From the NCBI GenBank assembly GCA_035193785.1, contig CP136572.1:4884578-4948577 (forward strand): a stretch of DNA of 64,000 bases, given 5' to 3'. This document shows positions 22,241 through 36,000 of the stretch, in pieces. A program made the translations under genes and the position numbers. Every line of letters begins with the position of its first letter. The first letter of the stretch is position 1. The DNA comes from Planktothrix sp. GU0601_MAG3 (GTDB taxonomy: Bacteria > Cyanobacteriota > Cyanobacteriia > Cyanobacteriales > Microcoleaceae). The notes below the pieces were generated by a model. The model saw only the letters and a program-made list of their open reading frames with translations, ran no database searches and was not told where the DNA came from.

Positions 22241-23189
22241 ATGGAAAACTCTAATATATTGGGTCGAGAGATTTATCAAAGAATTAATCATAATATTCAG
22301 CAGGTAATGAAAGGGCAATCCCTAGGGATTAGAAAGCTATTAGCTGCCTTTTTTAGTGGGGGTCATGTCCTACTTGAAGATTATCCCGGAACCGGAAAAA
22401 CCACCCTGGCTAAAGCCCTTGCCGCCTCCATAGATGCTAGTTTTAAACGGATTCAATTCACCCCGGATCTTTTACCTTCAGATATTTTAGGGGTTTCTAT
22501 TTTTGACCAGAATCAGCGCGGTTTTCATTTCCATGAAGGGCCGATTTTTTCCAATATTGTTTTAGCCGATGAAATTAACCGAGCTTCTCCTAGAAACTCA
22601 ATCGGCAATGTTAGAAGCCATGGCAGAATCTCAAGTTAGTATTGATGGAAATTTGAGAAAACTCAAGGATTTATTTTTCGTGATTGCGACTCAAAATCCG
22701 GTTGAATCTCACGGCACTTATCCCCTTCCCGAAGCCCAAATGGATCGATTTGCCCTACAATTTAGTTTAGGTTATATTTTACCCGAAGATGAAGTTAATT
22801 TACTCTCGGATCAAATTAATCAAAATCCCATTGATACCCTCAAATCCTGTGTTTCCTTACCGGAAATCTTGGCTTTAAAACAACAGGTAAAACAAATTAG
22901 AATCAGTGCGGAAATCAAGCGTTATATTGTTGATTTAATTAATGCTACTCGCACCGCAACCGATGTACAATTGGGAGCCAGTCCCAGGGCATCTATTGCC
23001 TTAATGAAAATAGCCCAAGCCTTAGCTTTATTTGATGGCTATGAATTTGTCACCCCCGAACAAATCCAAGAATTGGCTATCCCGGTTATTGCCCATCGTT
23101 TAGTCTTAGAACCCCGTTCAAGATTTACAGGGAGAACCGCCCCGGTAATTGTAGAAGAAATTATTAAATCTGTTCCTGTTCCTTCCTAA
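22241..23189 (+). CDS. MoxR AAA+ ATPase; apparent +1 error at 22593
   Basis: PGTGKT, RIQFTPDLLPSD, LADEINRA, ATQNP, PEAQMDRF. Confidence 0.93.
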
Positions 23190-23250
23190 TAAGTATTAAA
23201 ATAAAATGGTATAATTTGAGAGTATCAACAATAATAAAAAAACAATCACC

Positions 23251-23898
23251 ATGGAAATGCTATTAACCCAAACCGACTTAAAACAAAAATTAATTACTAA
23301 AATTCAGTCGATTCAATCCCAACTGGGCGGAATAGAAGGAACTCCCATCACAGATGTTAAAATTAAACCCGATGTCGCCGCAGAAATCGAAGCGATGGTA
23401 ATTCAATTAGAAGCGAAAAACCCTAACTATCGACCCTTACTATTCAAACCATTATTATTAGATGGAGCTTGGTTGCTGCTCTATTCCACTGCTAGAGAAA
23501 TTCGTAATTTAGCCTCACTTCCTTTAGGGTTAAAAGTCGGAAAAATCTATCAAATTATTGATGTGGCTTCCGGCAGTTTTTTGAATCAAGCCTTCGTTAA
23601 ACATCCATTAGGATTGATTTCTGGCTATGTGAAAGTAACGGCTAATTTTGAAATTGTCCGTGATGATAATAACCTACCGAATAACCGCCTAAATGTTTAT
23701 TTTCAACAACGTTATTTAGCCATTTCTAATATTTTAGGGGTTAAAACTCCGCAACTGGAACCTGCCAGGGTTGTCCCGGCAAAAAATCCCGTTGGACGTA
23801 TTCCCAGTTTAGAAATTACCTACCTTGATGAAACTTTCCGTATTGGTCGAGGGGGAGATGGCAGTTTATTTGTTTTGATTAAAAGTGAATTACCATAA
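23251..23898 (+). CDS. PAP/fibrillin family protein
   Basis: LEAKNP, LDGAW.LLYST, ITYLDETFRIGRGGDGSLFVL. Confidence 0.88.
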   Translation: MEMLLTQTDLKQKLITKIQSIQSQLGGIEGTPITDVKIKPDVAAEIEAMVIQLEAKNPNYRPLLFKPLLLDGAWLLLYSTAREIRNLASLPLGLKVGKIYQIIDVASGSFLNQAFVKHPLGLISGYVKVTANFEIVRDDNNLPNNRLNVYFQQRYLAISNILGVKTPQLEPARVVPAKNPVGRIPSLEITYLDETFRIGRGGDGSLFVLIKSELP

Positions 23899-23959
23899 TA
23901 GCAGCAGGTAGACACTTACACGAGCAAACCCAGATGTTAAATAACTCAATTAAGGAGAA

Positions 23960-25313
23960 ATGAAAAGGTTATTTTACCGCCTATTTTATTTCAGTTATGC
24001 CGTTAAACAATCCCGCAGAAAACGATTTACAACTCGCGGGTTAATAGTCCTTGTGGGTGTTGTGATTACGGCTTTTTTGGGATTAGATACTAACCAAAGT
24101 TTGACCTATCAAATATTTACTTTTCTAGTTTCTCTTCTAGTGGTTTCTCGGATTTCGGGTCTAGGGTTTCGGTTCCGTTTTAATGCCACTCGAACCTTGC
24201 CCCGATTTGCCACGGTGGGTATCCCTTTTAAATCTCGTATTATTATTTATAATAACACAAATAAAACTCAAATAGGATTGCAAATTATTGAAAATTTTGC
24301 CGATCCCCGTCCCACCCTGCAAGAGTTTATTGAAACTCCCGAAACCCGGAGAAAAACAGCGAAATCAGATTGATCAAATATTAGGTTATTATCGCTGGTT
24401 ATGGTTAATTAATCAAAAACAATATGCCCTAGAAAAACCCCAGGATTTGCCCCCCCTTCCCCCTCGACGTTCAACGGAAATTGATATTAATATTACACCT
24501 TCCCGTCGAGGGATTTTGCAATTCACCAGTTTAACAGTTTCCTGTTGTGATCCCTTGGGTCTTATTAATTCCCGTCAAACAATTTCTTTACCCCAAAATT
24601 TATTAATTTTGCCTCCATTTTATCACGTTCCACCGATAAAATTACCCGGTTCCAGACGTTATCAATCCGGTGGAGTCACCCTCGCTTCTTCCGTTGGAGA
24701 TGCTGAGGAATTTAGGGGATTAAGAGATTACCGTCCAGGGGATTCTTTAAGAAAAATTCATTGGAAAAGTTGGGCAAAATTAGGCAAACCAATTGTTAAA
24801 GAGGAACAGGATGAATTTTTTGTCCGCCATGCTTTAATTTTAGATACCTTTCACCCTTTAAAGTATAGTGAATGTTTAGAAGAAGCGATCGCCATTGCTG
24901 CTTCGGTCGCCTATGAAATTCAAACTCAAGAATCTTTATTAGATTTAATGTTTGTCGGCCATGAAGCCTATTGTTTTACCTTTGGTCGCGGGTTAAGTCA
25001 TACCGATAAAATGTTAGAAATTTTAGCCTCTGTTGTGGCTTGTCGGGATAAAGAATTTAATTCTATTATTCCTATTATTCTCGATAGAATTTCCTTATTA
25101 AGTGGGTGTATATGTATTTTTATTGCTTGGGACGAACACCGCAAAACCCTAATTAATCATCTCAATAGTATGGGGATTCATACTTTAGTATTAATAGTAA
25201 CAGATAATAAAAATCCAGAAAAAAATATGGATTTAGAATCTTTAAATCCTGATTTTACTACTTTTCATCAATTACATTTAGGACAAATACAAGAGGATTT
25301 AATCAAACTATGA
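23960..25313 (+). CDS. DUF58 protein; apparent +1 error near 24341
   Basis: EFRGLRDYRPGDSLRKIHWKSWAK. Confidence 0.9.
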
Positions 25314-27306
25314 AAACCCCACCCTTTCTTTTAGGTGCAACTTTGATCTTTTGGGGATGGCAAACAGGACTATTAGTTTTTGCCCTACCAATGGCTTTAA
25401 TTATTGAAGGTTATCGCTGGATTCAGTGGCGATGGGATGTATCCTCAGAGGATATTAAAAATATTGCTAATTTTTGTTTAATTTTTGCAATTTTAATCAC
25501 AATTTTTTTAATGATTAATAATCGCTCAATTCAATTTGTTTATACCCTATTACAATGGCTACCAATCATCTTTTTTCCCATTATATTAGCCCCCACCTAT
25601 TCCCTTAGCGATCGCATTGATATTAGAAACTCTATTTTTATTCTTAAATTCATCCCCAGATCAAGAAAACCCAGGACGTTTTCATCTAAACTTAACCTAT
25701 CCCTATTTTATCCTTTGTATTATCTCTACAAGTGCTGCCAATCTTCAAGATATATCATTTTATATAGGAATGTTTATGCTCCTAGCAATTGCCCTATTTC
25801 CCGGTCGGTCTAAACGATTTTCTCCCCTAATTTGGAGCGGGTTAATTCTGGCAGCCGGAAGTTTAGGAATGGTCGGATTTATTGGACTTCATCACCTACA
25901 TTTAACCTTGGAACAAGCTGTTGTAGAACGATTAAGCGGTTTATCGGTTACTGATCCCGATCCTTTTCAAAAAAGGACGGCTATGGGTGATATTGGAGTC
26001 TTAAAACTTTCTAATAAAATATTTTTTAGAGTGGCTACAAACAACACAGAAGCCACACCAATTCTCCTCAGAGAATCTACCTATAATAAATATAATTTAT
26101 CCAGTTGGTTAGCAACAGATTCTCAATTCAAGCCGATTCAACCTGCTCAAAATCCGACGACCTGGCTATTTGCAAAACCACCTCAAGACTATTCTGAAAT
26201 TAAAATTTCTAGCCGGTTAAATAATGGAAAAGGTTTGTTAAAACTACCAAATGGGGCATTTAAAATTAATCAATTACCCGTTTTAACTTTAGAAAAAAAT
26301 CAATATGGTACAGTTAAAATACAAGGAAACTCCGATTTAATGTCCTATCAAATATTATTTAATCCTCGGGTTAATATTGATAGTCCTCCCACGGAAGCAG
26401 ATTTACAAATTCCCAAATCAGAAAAACCAGCCATTGCTCGAATTGTCAAGGAATTAGATTTAAAAGGAAAACCTCCTGAAGAAATTTTAAAGGGGGTTAA
26501 AGGGTTTTTTGATGATAATTTTAATTATTCTTTGCAACTATTAGAAACAGACCGAGGGACAACACCGCTATCTACTTTTTTACTAAAAAATCGGTCGGGA
26601 CATTGTGAATATTTTGCCACAGCAACAACACTTTTATTGCGGGAAATGGGGATTCCAGCCCGTTATGTAATTGGATTTTCCGTGAGTGAATTTAGCTCTT
26701 TAGAGAATCAATTTATTGTTCGAGGTCGGGATGGTCACGCCTGGACTTTAGTGTATTTAGATGGGGTTTGGCAAAATTTTGATACCACGCCTGCGGGATG
26801 GTCAGCTTTTGAAGATGCTGCGGCATCTAAATGGGAATTAATCACAGATATTTGGTCTTTTTTGGGGTTTCAATTGACTCTATTTCTGAAATATATTCCC
26901 ACCATAAATCTGTTAAAATATAGCTGGTTATTGCTCATTCCCTTAGTATTAATCATTGTTCAGTTTAAGTCAAAAAAACGAGTCCATCGTTTAAAATCTC
27001 AACAAATATTATCAAAATCCATCTCATCCTATCAACAACAAGGCACAGATTCAGAATTTTATATTATTGAGAAATCCTTAAACGAATTAGGCTGTTTTCG
27101 TCATCCTTCCGAGTCTTTAAAATCTTGGATGAAACGCTTAAAACAGGAGTTACCTAAAAACCCGTTAATTGATGATTTATCCTCCATGGTTGAAACTGCA
27201 TTATCGTTATCGTTTTGATCCTCAAGGAATTAATCAAGCGGAAAGACAAAAATTAAATGAGATGATCGAATCTTGGTTAAGCTATTATCAAAAACTGGAT
27301 CGATGA
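25310..27306 (+). CDS. Membrane transglutaminase-like protein; apparent +1 errors at 25626 and 27192
   Basis: GHCEYFAT, PARYVIGF, HAW, FDTTP catalytic triad motifs; ATGA overlap with the DUF58 gene. Confidence 0.9.
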
Positions 27307-27323
27307 GGTTCTAAAATCCTGGT

Positions 27324-27701
27324 TTATTTCAATACATAATAGGCTAAAACACTTTGAACTTCATAGATATTTAGCCTTCTGTTAAACTCCCTTTCTATGG
27401 GTGCAGAACTTCCCGATATCCAGATTTTTAATTCCGCATCTAGGTCAAAGTGTCCCGATGTTTCAATGCTAAAATGAATAATACTCCGGTAAGGAATGGA
27501 GTGATATTCGATTTTTTTTCCGGTAATTCCTTGTTTATCAACAAAGATTAATCGTTTATTGGTAAATACAATTAAATCCCGCACTAATTGATAGGCTCTT
27601 TCTACAGATTCACCCTCTGCTAAAAGTTTCACCAGTCCCGCTTGTAGCTTTTCTGAATCGATTTCAGATGCGTTACCTAATAAGCCATCCATTAATCCCA
27701 T
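27324..27701 (-). CDS. Bacterial PH domain protein
   Basis: RDLIVFTNKRLIFVDKQGITGKKIEY, ETSGHFDLDAEL. Confidence 0.9.
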   Translation of the reverse strand: MGLMDGLLGNASEIDSEKLQAGLVKLLAEGESVERAYQLVRDLIVFTNKRLIFVDKQGITGKKIEYHSIPYRSIIHFSIETSGHFDLDAELKIWISGSSAPIEREFNRRLNIYEVQSVLAYYVLK

Positions 27702-27810
27702 GATTGACCTCCTAACTCAAATTAAAGAATGTGTTTTTACAAGTTATTTCTATTATAGCTTTATTTTTTGGATTATGTAGAGACTATTCTAATCTTACAA
27801 TACACAATGA

Positions 27811-29035
27811 TTACACTTTCGGTCTAGTTGCAGAAACACAATATTCATATAAAGCTTTATTACAATTTCGTTTTCTGATAATTTCAGAATTGATCTGTTT
27901 ATAACCTAACATTTCCATAGACTCAGATAGAATTGATGCTGTGTCAACAGTGTTACCAAAGAAATTTGAATTACCAATAATATAATACAACGTTGCTTGA
28001 GCTTTAAGAATAGATCTAAGTGAAGACAAATGAAGATGAATATCATGAAAATATTTTAATACATAAATAGCCATTAAATCGGTATTTTTGCCCTCAGAAT
28101 TTTTGATTTTATCTACAGTTTTAAATAGTTCTTTTGGCAAATTATTTTCTTCAATTTGCCAAGTATTTAAACGACTGGTAGCAATTCCCCACGTTCCCCC
28201 AATTGCTAACCAGTCAATTTCACCTGCTTCTTTTGCTTCAGTTATAAACTTAGTCCAATACATATAAGGACGCAGTTCACGAATATAACTCATGCGATTA
28301 GGATAGGGAGGTGAAGTAATCACTTGATCAACTTTAATATGATCTAATCCGATTAGAGTTTTAGAATCTGTCTCAATAATAGTTACAATCCCTGAAATAT
28401 TGGTTTCTGCTGTTTTTAAAATAAACTCAAGAATGGTCAAAAACAATTCTTCAGCATATTCTATATCAAACTGGGTAACTGTTTGCTGAAATGACATAGA
28501 AACATGGTTAAATGAGGCGGAAGAAGTTTCGATAATCAGACGGCAAAAAGCAATCCATACTAAACTATAATGATTATTTTCTGGTTCACCAAAATAATTG
28601 GCTAAAGTGGTTCGCAAAGCCGTCAATAATTTTAGGGTATACCTAGACCACCATCTTTCAATATTGAAGATAGGAGGTGTCCAATTGTTATGGTCGATTA
28701 AAGTTTTATATTCTTCTAATGCTGGTTTTATTCGTTTTCTAATATCTGTCAATTCAGCTTTAGAATAGTTTCTACATTTGGCAGTTCCTAGCCAAACTAG
28801 AAACGGATTAATATCAAATAAAATTGTCTGTTTTCCCTGTTCAGCCGCCACAAGTCCTGTAGTTTCCTGTACCGGAAAATGGATCAAGAATAATTGCCTC
28901 TGGTTCAACAGAAGTTAAAATCTTTTCAACTAATTTCACACCATAGGCAGGAGTCAGACGCAACCATCCATGTCGCCCTAAATTCTGATTATGTTTAAAC
29001 GTATATTCTGGTCTTTGTTTTACAGTTGATAACAT
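27811..29035 (-). CDS. Amino-DNA methyltransferase (probably N4-C, alpha motif order); apparent +1 error at 28862
   Basis: ILDPFSGTGTT SAM-binding motif near the N-terminus, ITSPPY catalytic motif later. Confidence 0.85.
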
Positions 29036-29829
29036 TACTTGGCAGTTAATAAAACTTCTAGGGTTGTATACACTTCATCTCGAATTAATGAAGAATTTCG
29101 TTGCAAGAAATCGGCTAAATCATAGCCTAACACATTCTTGGAAAAAACAAACAGAGAATTTTGGCTAGTTCCTAATAAAGTTCCGGTGATAATTGCTCCT
29201 CGGCTATTCCGATATCTTAAGACTAAATCGGAATCAATTTGTGAGGAAAAAATAGCAAATACAGGTAAGTATCCATTAGCCCAAGCAACGGCAATATTAT
29301 CAATATCAGCATTTTGTCTTTTGCTATCTTTACTTTTATAACCTTGCCTAACTTCAAATACGGCTCCATTTGCAGGTGCAGGAACATTCAAAGATTGACT
29401 ATAATTTGCTATCCATTGTGTGACTCTTTCTCTAACATCATAATTTTGAATTGCCGTTAATTCTAGTCGAGCATCTAAGGATAACCTTTTTTCCTTATTG
29501 TTTTTTGTCTGAACCGTGTAAGACCATAGAACATCTTTTGGATCATCATAATTGGCTTGATCAATAATAATTTGTCGAAATAAACTTTCACAACCTCTCC
29601 CAATTTGTCGATAAATAGAAGTCATTCCCCCCGCAGCTTTATGAGCAGCATACATTAAATCTGAATTCAGACCAATCCATGAATAAAACGGATCTGAACC
29701 ATATAATGATAGAAATGTCGCTAAATCTAATCCTTCTTCTCGATTTCCTAATCCAAATTTAGGTTTATATCGCCTACACACTTTAATTGGATCTAAAAAC
29801 CGCTTCAGATAAAGGTTTTCGTCAATCAC
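29035..29829 (-). CDS. Putative type II restriction endonuclease
   Basis: TAATG coupling to the MTase; SLDARL...FEVRQGYKS resembles a PD-(D/E)XK-type core; GTG at 29829 is the probable start. Confidence 0.6.
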   Translation of the reverse strand: MIDENLYLKRFLDPIKVCRRYKPKFGLGNREEGLDLATFLSLYGSDPFYSWIGLNSDLMYAAHKAAGGMTSIYRQIGRGCESLFRQIIIDQANYDDPKDVLWSYTVQTKNNKEKRLSLDARLELTAIQNYDVRERVTQWIANYSQSLNVPAPANGAVFEVRQGYKSKDSKRQNADIDNIAVAWANGYLPVFAIFSSQIDSDLVLRYRNSRGAIITGTLLGTSQNSLFVFSKNVLGYDLADFLQRNSSLIRDEVYTTLEVLLTAK

Positions 29830-30059
29830 GGTAAATTTTATAAGTTTAGTTTGTCTCAATTGAGTATACAACAAGGTGTAAATTAAGAATAATGTCACAA
29901 AGATATCAAAATATAAGCATTTACCATTAAACGGATCTACAATAGAAACAGTTAACAAAATGGAGGTCATATTCCCATGCCTCAAATCATTAAAGATCAA
30001 CCCAGTGGGTTATATATTCAAACCCCTGAACAACAATCGATCGCCTTTCCCCTCAAACA

Positions 30060-30095
30060 ACTGATAACTGATAACTGATAACTGATTACTGATTA
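30060..30095. repeat. STRR (CTGATAA/CTGATTA)n
   Basis: Tandem copies visible. Confidence 0.8.
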
Positions 30096-33000
30096 CCAGG
30101 GGCTTCCAATCATCGTAAATCCTGACCAATAATAGGGATGGGATAAACTGGTAATATTAGATTCTGTAAGATTAGTCGGGAGAGGAATAGCACCAAAAGT
30201 GGTAATTAACTGCTCATTTTCAATGCGAGTTTTTCCCTGAATCATTGCAATTTGTGCCTCTTGTAATCCGACCGCTTTAATCGGTGCTTGCTTTAAATAT
30301 TCATAAAATTCACTCATTAATCCTAAAGTTCCCTGGTCACTAACATACCATAAACTCGCTAAAGCCGATTTAACTCCCGCTTGCACAGCTAAACCCGCAA
30401 ACCCTAATTCTGACCGTCGATCTCCTAATGCTGTTCGACAAGCACTTAAAGTTAATAATTCCACCGTGGGATCATCCCAACCCAAGTTAGGAAGTTCTGT
30501 TAAGGGTAACTTTTCATTCCATAATTGGATAAAAGAATTACTCGGAGATCCGGTTTTAAAATCAGCGTGGGTGGCTAAATGAATCACTTTAAAATCCGAT
30601 CTACGCCGTTGGGATTTCAGATTATCTAGGGTGAAAAGCTCGTTTAAGAATTTTTCACCCGGCCAAATTTCAGTAATATTTTGAAGTTCAACTGGAACCG
30701 CCGGAAGTGGATTTTGTTGTTGAAATTGACTCGCCCCCATGGCTAAGACTTGTGCTTGAATAATAGATTGATATCGAAAGTCAATTAAGCTGGTACTGGG
30801 AATTAAACTAATCGCATATTTTTCAACTAAAAATTGTTGACCATCCCATAAAACTGCTATTGGTAAACTCCGTAAACCTGCATCCAGGGAGAATAAAATA
30901 GTAGAAACTCCTAATCTTTTCAAATCATCTTCTATCGGTTTAATCATCCATTGATGAAGTTGTTCCGCCGGAGCTTGATAACTGACTGTATCCCGTTGTC
31001 GGGGGTTGGTAATTTCGTTTTGCAGTTGTCGAACAACGAGGGATAATTTTTCTTTGGTGGCTTCAGGAACGCTATGTCGCACGGGTTCACCGGAGGAAGG
31101 AACCACAATGAGTTCTAATTGATCTTCCCTGGAAACAATATAAACAATGGCATAAACCTGTTTGGTTTTTATCTCCAATTCTTTTAATAGTTGTTGAACT
31201 TCTGAACGCTCTAATAGGTTGCCTTGAACTCCTAAATGTTGTTGAAATTCTTGATTTCTTGACTGCTCTAATGCCAAAAATGTAGAATCTAAATCATCAA
31301 AACTAAAAGCAATATCTACCGTCGATAAAAGCTCCTGGGAAAGAAAATTATTATTATAATTAATGATAACTTCGGGAGAAGTTTGTGTCCGTTCTTGTTC
31401 TTGGTTATTAGGAGGAATTAATACATCTTGTTGCAGGATCACTCCTGTATTAATCAAGGCTTCGTTTCCACTAGGACTAGGGGGAATAATATTAGGGGCA
31501 TCATCGGTTTGAATGGCAATATTTCCTAATGTAAATGAACCTTGAAAACTTTGGGGGGGCAGAATGCTAAAATCCCCGGTGGTAATGGTGGCGGCTGTTC
31601 CATTCACTGTTAAGTTACCTTCGATTTCAAAGGGAGTAATCGGGGGATTCAGTGGCCCTCCGGCGTGACGAAGGGTAATCGCACCCCCACCCAGACGTCC
31701 TGCTGTGGAGATACTGGCGGTTCCGGTGGGGGAAAATCGGGTGGGGAAGGAGTTGGTAGCACGGAAGTAGCCTTGGGTAGATTCGGCAAAAACGTTACCC
31801 CCGCGACCGTTAGGGGATTCGGTGTTAATAAATTCTACCTGAACATCATTAACCGGGTCGAGGAAAACGTTACCGCCTTGGGTTTGACCTTGGGTATCAA
31901 TTTCTCCGGCGGTAATGCTGGTTTGGGCTTTGACCGTAAGGTTCCCACCCGTATTACCAGATGTCAGTATATTCCCGGTTGTAATATTTCCGGTTATCGC
32001 TTCTAGGGAAATAGTTCCGCCCCGACCATTGGGGGATGAACTATTCAGGGTATTAGTAGTAATATCTCCCTGGGGGGTACTTAGGGAAATCTCCCCACCG
32101 TTAGCATTAGGGGATAAAGTGTTGAGGGAATTAACCGTAATATTACCGTTGCGGCTATTCAGGGTAATACCAGGGGATGCGGTAATATTGCGGGTGATAA
32201 TATCATTATTGGCGGTGACTGCAACCGTACCATTACTGAGGGTATTAGCATTGAGGTTAACAATATTACTGGCATTAATATTCAGTCCCCCTGACCCTAG
32301 GATAATGGGGGCGTTAGCTTGAAACTGTTCCGGCGGTAATTCCTAAACCGTTGAGGGGAGATTCGGTGGTAAAGGTATCTAAATTAACATTATTATTGCC
32401 TGCGTTAATTGTTAATTGTCCCTGTCCGCCAAGGGTTGAACCAATAAAGTTAATTGCTCCGTTTCCAATACTGGTGTCTAATGTAACCAAATTTCCAGAA
32501 ACATTAACGGTATTTACGGAGGAAAAGTTAAGTCCGGTGCTGGTGTAGATATCGCCAAACAGGTTAAGGGTACTAGCTTGTTGGAAAATTAATTCGCCTA
32601 TGGGGTTATTATTATTACTAACGGTATTCAGGGAAATTGTTCCGTTTCCGGCGTTGAGTGTCAGGGTTTGGGAACCGGTTATCGGACTATTATTAAATAG
32701 AATATTACCATTATTTCCGGTGGTATTAATAATAATAGGATTTTCTAGTTGAGTTCCCCCGAAAGCATTACTAAAATCAACATTATTATTGGTGGTTAAA
32801 TTGCCTTGTAGGGTCGTGAGTCCGGTAGTATTTACTTGCAAACTAGACAGGGGGTTACTATCACCCACGGTGGAAAAAGTAATATTACCACTCCCCGCAT
32901 TTAGAGTTAAGTTACTATTTCCATTAATAGAGTTATTAAAAATAATATTCCCACTATTATTCGTTCCCGATGAGGTGAGGTTAATATTGGGGGATGCAAG

Positions 33001-36000
33001 TTCTAGGGGACTATTATATTGTTGTTGACTTCCGACTCCATTACTAGCAGAAGTATTAATATCACCATTTAAAATAATTGGATTATTTCCACTGTTTAAA
33101 CTTAGGGTTCCTGCTGTACCAGCAATTGCACTGGTATTAACCCCGCCTAAATTCAGGGTTTGGGGGGTAATAATGGTAATATTTCCCCCATTATTCGGGG
33201 AAACTGGTATTCAGAATACCGGGGTTTGTCGTAATATTTCCCGTGGAACTATTGAGGGTGATGGGTTGACCGTTGGTGGTGATATTTCCGGTAATAATAT
33301 TATTAGTTGCGGTGATTTCAACGTTACTACCATTGGTGGTGATAATATCTTGGGAAAGGGTGACAGTATCACTAGAATTAATCCTTAAATTTCCGGTATC
33401 CAGGGTAATAGGAGAATTACTATTAACGGTTTGGGCATTAATTTCCAACCTTCCCAGGTTTACCGTATTATTAAATTGAATATTGCCATTTCCTGCTTCC
33501 AGAATTAAACCGTTATTATTGACGGGAAGACTATTAATAGTATTATTAAAGGTAATATTTCCGCCTCCTGCGGTTCCCGAGGTATTTAGGGTAACGGGTT
33601 GATTTAATTCAACGGGGTTATTAAAGGTTAAATTGCTACCCGTCCCGCTATTTCCCGAGGTATTAATATTTCCAGTTAACCCAATTTTTTGCCCCGTAAC
33701 GGCTAAAGTTCCAGCTTGGTTAGTTTGGGTACTGGTATTAATTTCTCCCAGGGTAATATTAGCGGGTGTCGTCATAGTGATATCACCGCCATTGCTATTA
33801 GTAGAACTGCTATTAATAATTCCGCCACTGCTATCAATATTCCCCGTATTGCTATTTAATATAATAGGTTTACCTTCGGTAGTTAGGTTGGCGGTGGTAA
33901 TATTATTTTCGGCATTAATATTAATGGTCGCGTTATTTGTAGCGGTAATAGGTTGGGTTAAATTAACCGTACCACTACTATTGATATTAATTCCTTCTCC
34001 CGTAACATTAATTCCCCCATTGCTATTAATATTTCCACTGGTTAGATTTAAACTATTTAATGGATTTGTTTCTCCTATTGCTTGATTAATATTAACGGTT
34101 CCCGTCCCAGCTTCCAAGGTCAAATTAGCAGTCCCTAAACTATTACTATCAACGGTATTATTAAAGGTAACATTTCCACTTCCGGCGGTTCCAGATGTGG
34201 TTAAGGTAACGGTATTGGCATCTAAAGTCACGGGAGAATTGAAGGTAATATTATTCCCTGAACCAATAGCAGCAGAAGTATCTATATTATTAGTTAAATT
34301 AATTGTATTTCCGGCGAGGGTTAGGGCTCCCGCTTGACTGGTTCCTAAATTGGATTCTGTGCGGGTACTTACTGCGCCTATAGTTAAATTTTGGGCCGCA
34401 TTTAGGCTGATTTCTCCCCCGTCTTCGGTGGTAGAAACTACTATTAAGAATACCGGATGCGGTATTAATATTTCCGGTATTACTGGTGAGGGCAATTCTT
34501 GAACCATTACTAATAATATTCGCCGTTGTAATTTCCCCAGTTGCAACCACATTAACGGGACTATTATTATCGGTGGTTATGGTATCACCTAAATTAACAT
34601 TTTGAGTTGCATTAATATTAATTCCCCCATTTTCAACATTAACAGGAGACTGGGTAATAACATTTCCACTATTAATGGTTAAGTTTTGCAGAGGAACATT
34701 ATCCCCTATTGATTGATTAAAAGTTGTATCTCCCGTTCCCGTTTCTAGGGTTAAACTATTACTCCCCGCATTACTATCAATACCCCCATTAATTGTTCCA
34801 TTAAAGGTAACATTTCCACTGGTATTGTCTCCCTTTGTATTGATGATAATATTGGGTTCAGGCAGAATAACATTGGCATTAAAATTAACATCACTTCCCT
34901 GACCTTGGGTGGCGGAGGTATTAATATCTCCAGTTAAATTAATAGTATTATTTCCCGAAGAAATATCTAGGGTTCCAGCTTGACTATTGTTAGAATTAGA
35001 GGCGGTACTGGTATTAATATCTCCTAAAGTAATTGTTCCCGAGGCGTTAAGGGTTTGGTTGCCGCCATTATTATCGGAAGCACTGCTATTTAAAATGCCA
35101 GCTTGGGTATTAATTGCCCCATTGGTACTGGTTAAATTAATCGTTTCACCCCCGGTAATTATGGTTCCGGTATTGATGGTATTAGTAGCAGTTAAATTAA
35201 CGGAACCTCCGGTTGTAGCGGTGGAAAGACTATTTAATATTCCGGCGGTGGTATCAATATTATTGCTACTTTCTAAGGTGATATTTCCCCCGGCGGTGGT
35301 CATATCTCGAGTAGTAATATTTCCCGTAGCTAAAATATTAATAATGCCGTTATCGGTGGTTAAAATATTAGCCAAATTCACATCCCCCCTGGCATTAATC
35401 GTTAATCCAGAGTTAGCCAGATTAATCGGTGCTATACTATTAATATTCCCTCCGGTAATGTTTAAACTATTCAGGGGAATAAGATTACCTACACTATCAT
35501 TAAAATTGATATTTCCGGCTTGCAGAATTAATGTATTACTTCCCGGGGTAATGCCATTAATAGTATTATTAAAAATAATATTCCCACTGCCTGTACTTCC
35601 AGTGGTATTAAAAGTAATAGTAGGTTGGGCAATTTGTAGGGGGGCAGAAACCGTAATATTATTTCCCTGACCCGTGGTGGCAGAAGTATTAATATTGTTA
35701 GTTACCGTAACAGTATTATTAGCAGAAGTTAGGTTAACTGTTTCCGCCTTGGGTATTCCCTCTCGCATTAATTCCCGCAACCCTGATATTACCCGCCGCC
35801 TCAATAGCAATATTTCCCCCACTTCCCTGACTAGAACTACTATCAAGGGTTCCAAAACTACTATTAATATTTCCCTCACTACTTTTAAGATTAATTTCAC
35901 CCCCGGCATTGGTTAAGGAATTAATCAATAAATCTCGATTTCCTGATATTGTAATACTTCCTGAACCAGTGGTATTTATGGGGGTATTTTCTCCAATAAT

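Noticed and set aside
21866..22318. ORFs across the 9-mer repeat
   Set aside because: Low-complexity shadows of an intergenic tandem repeat.
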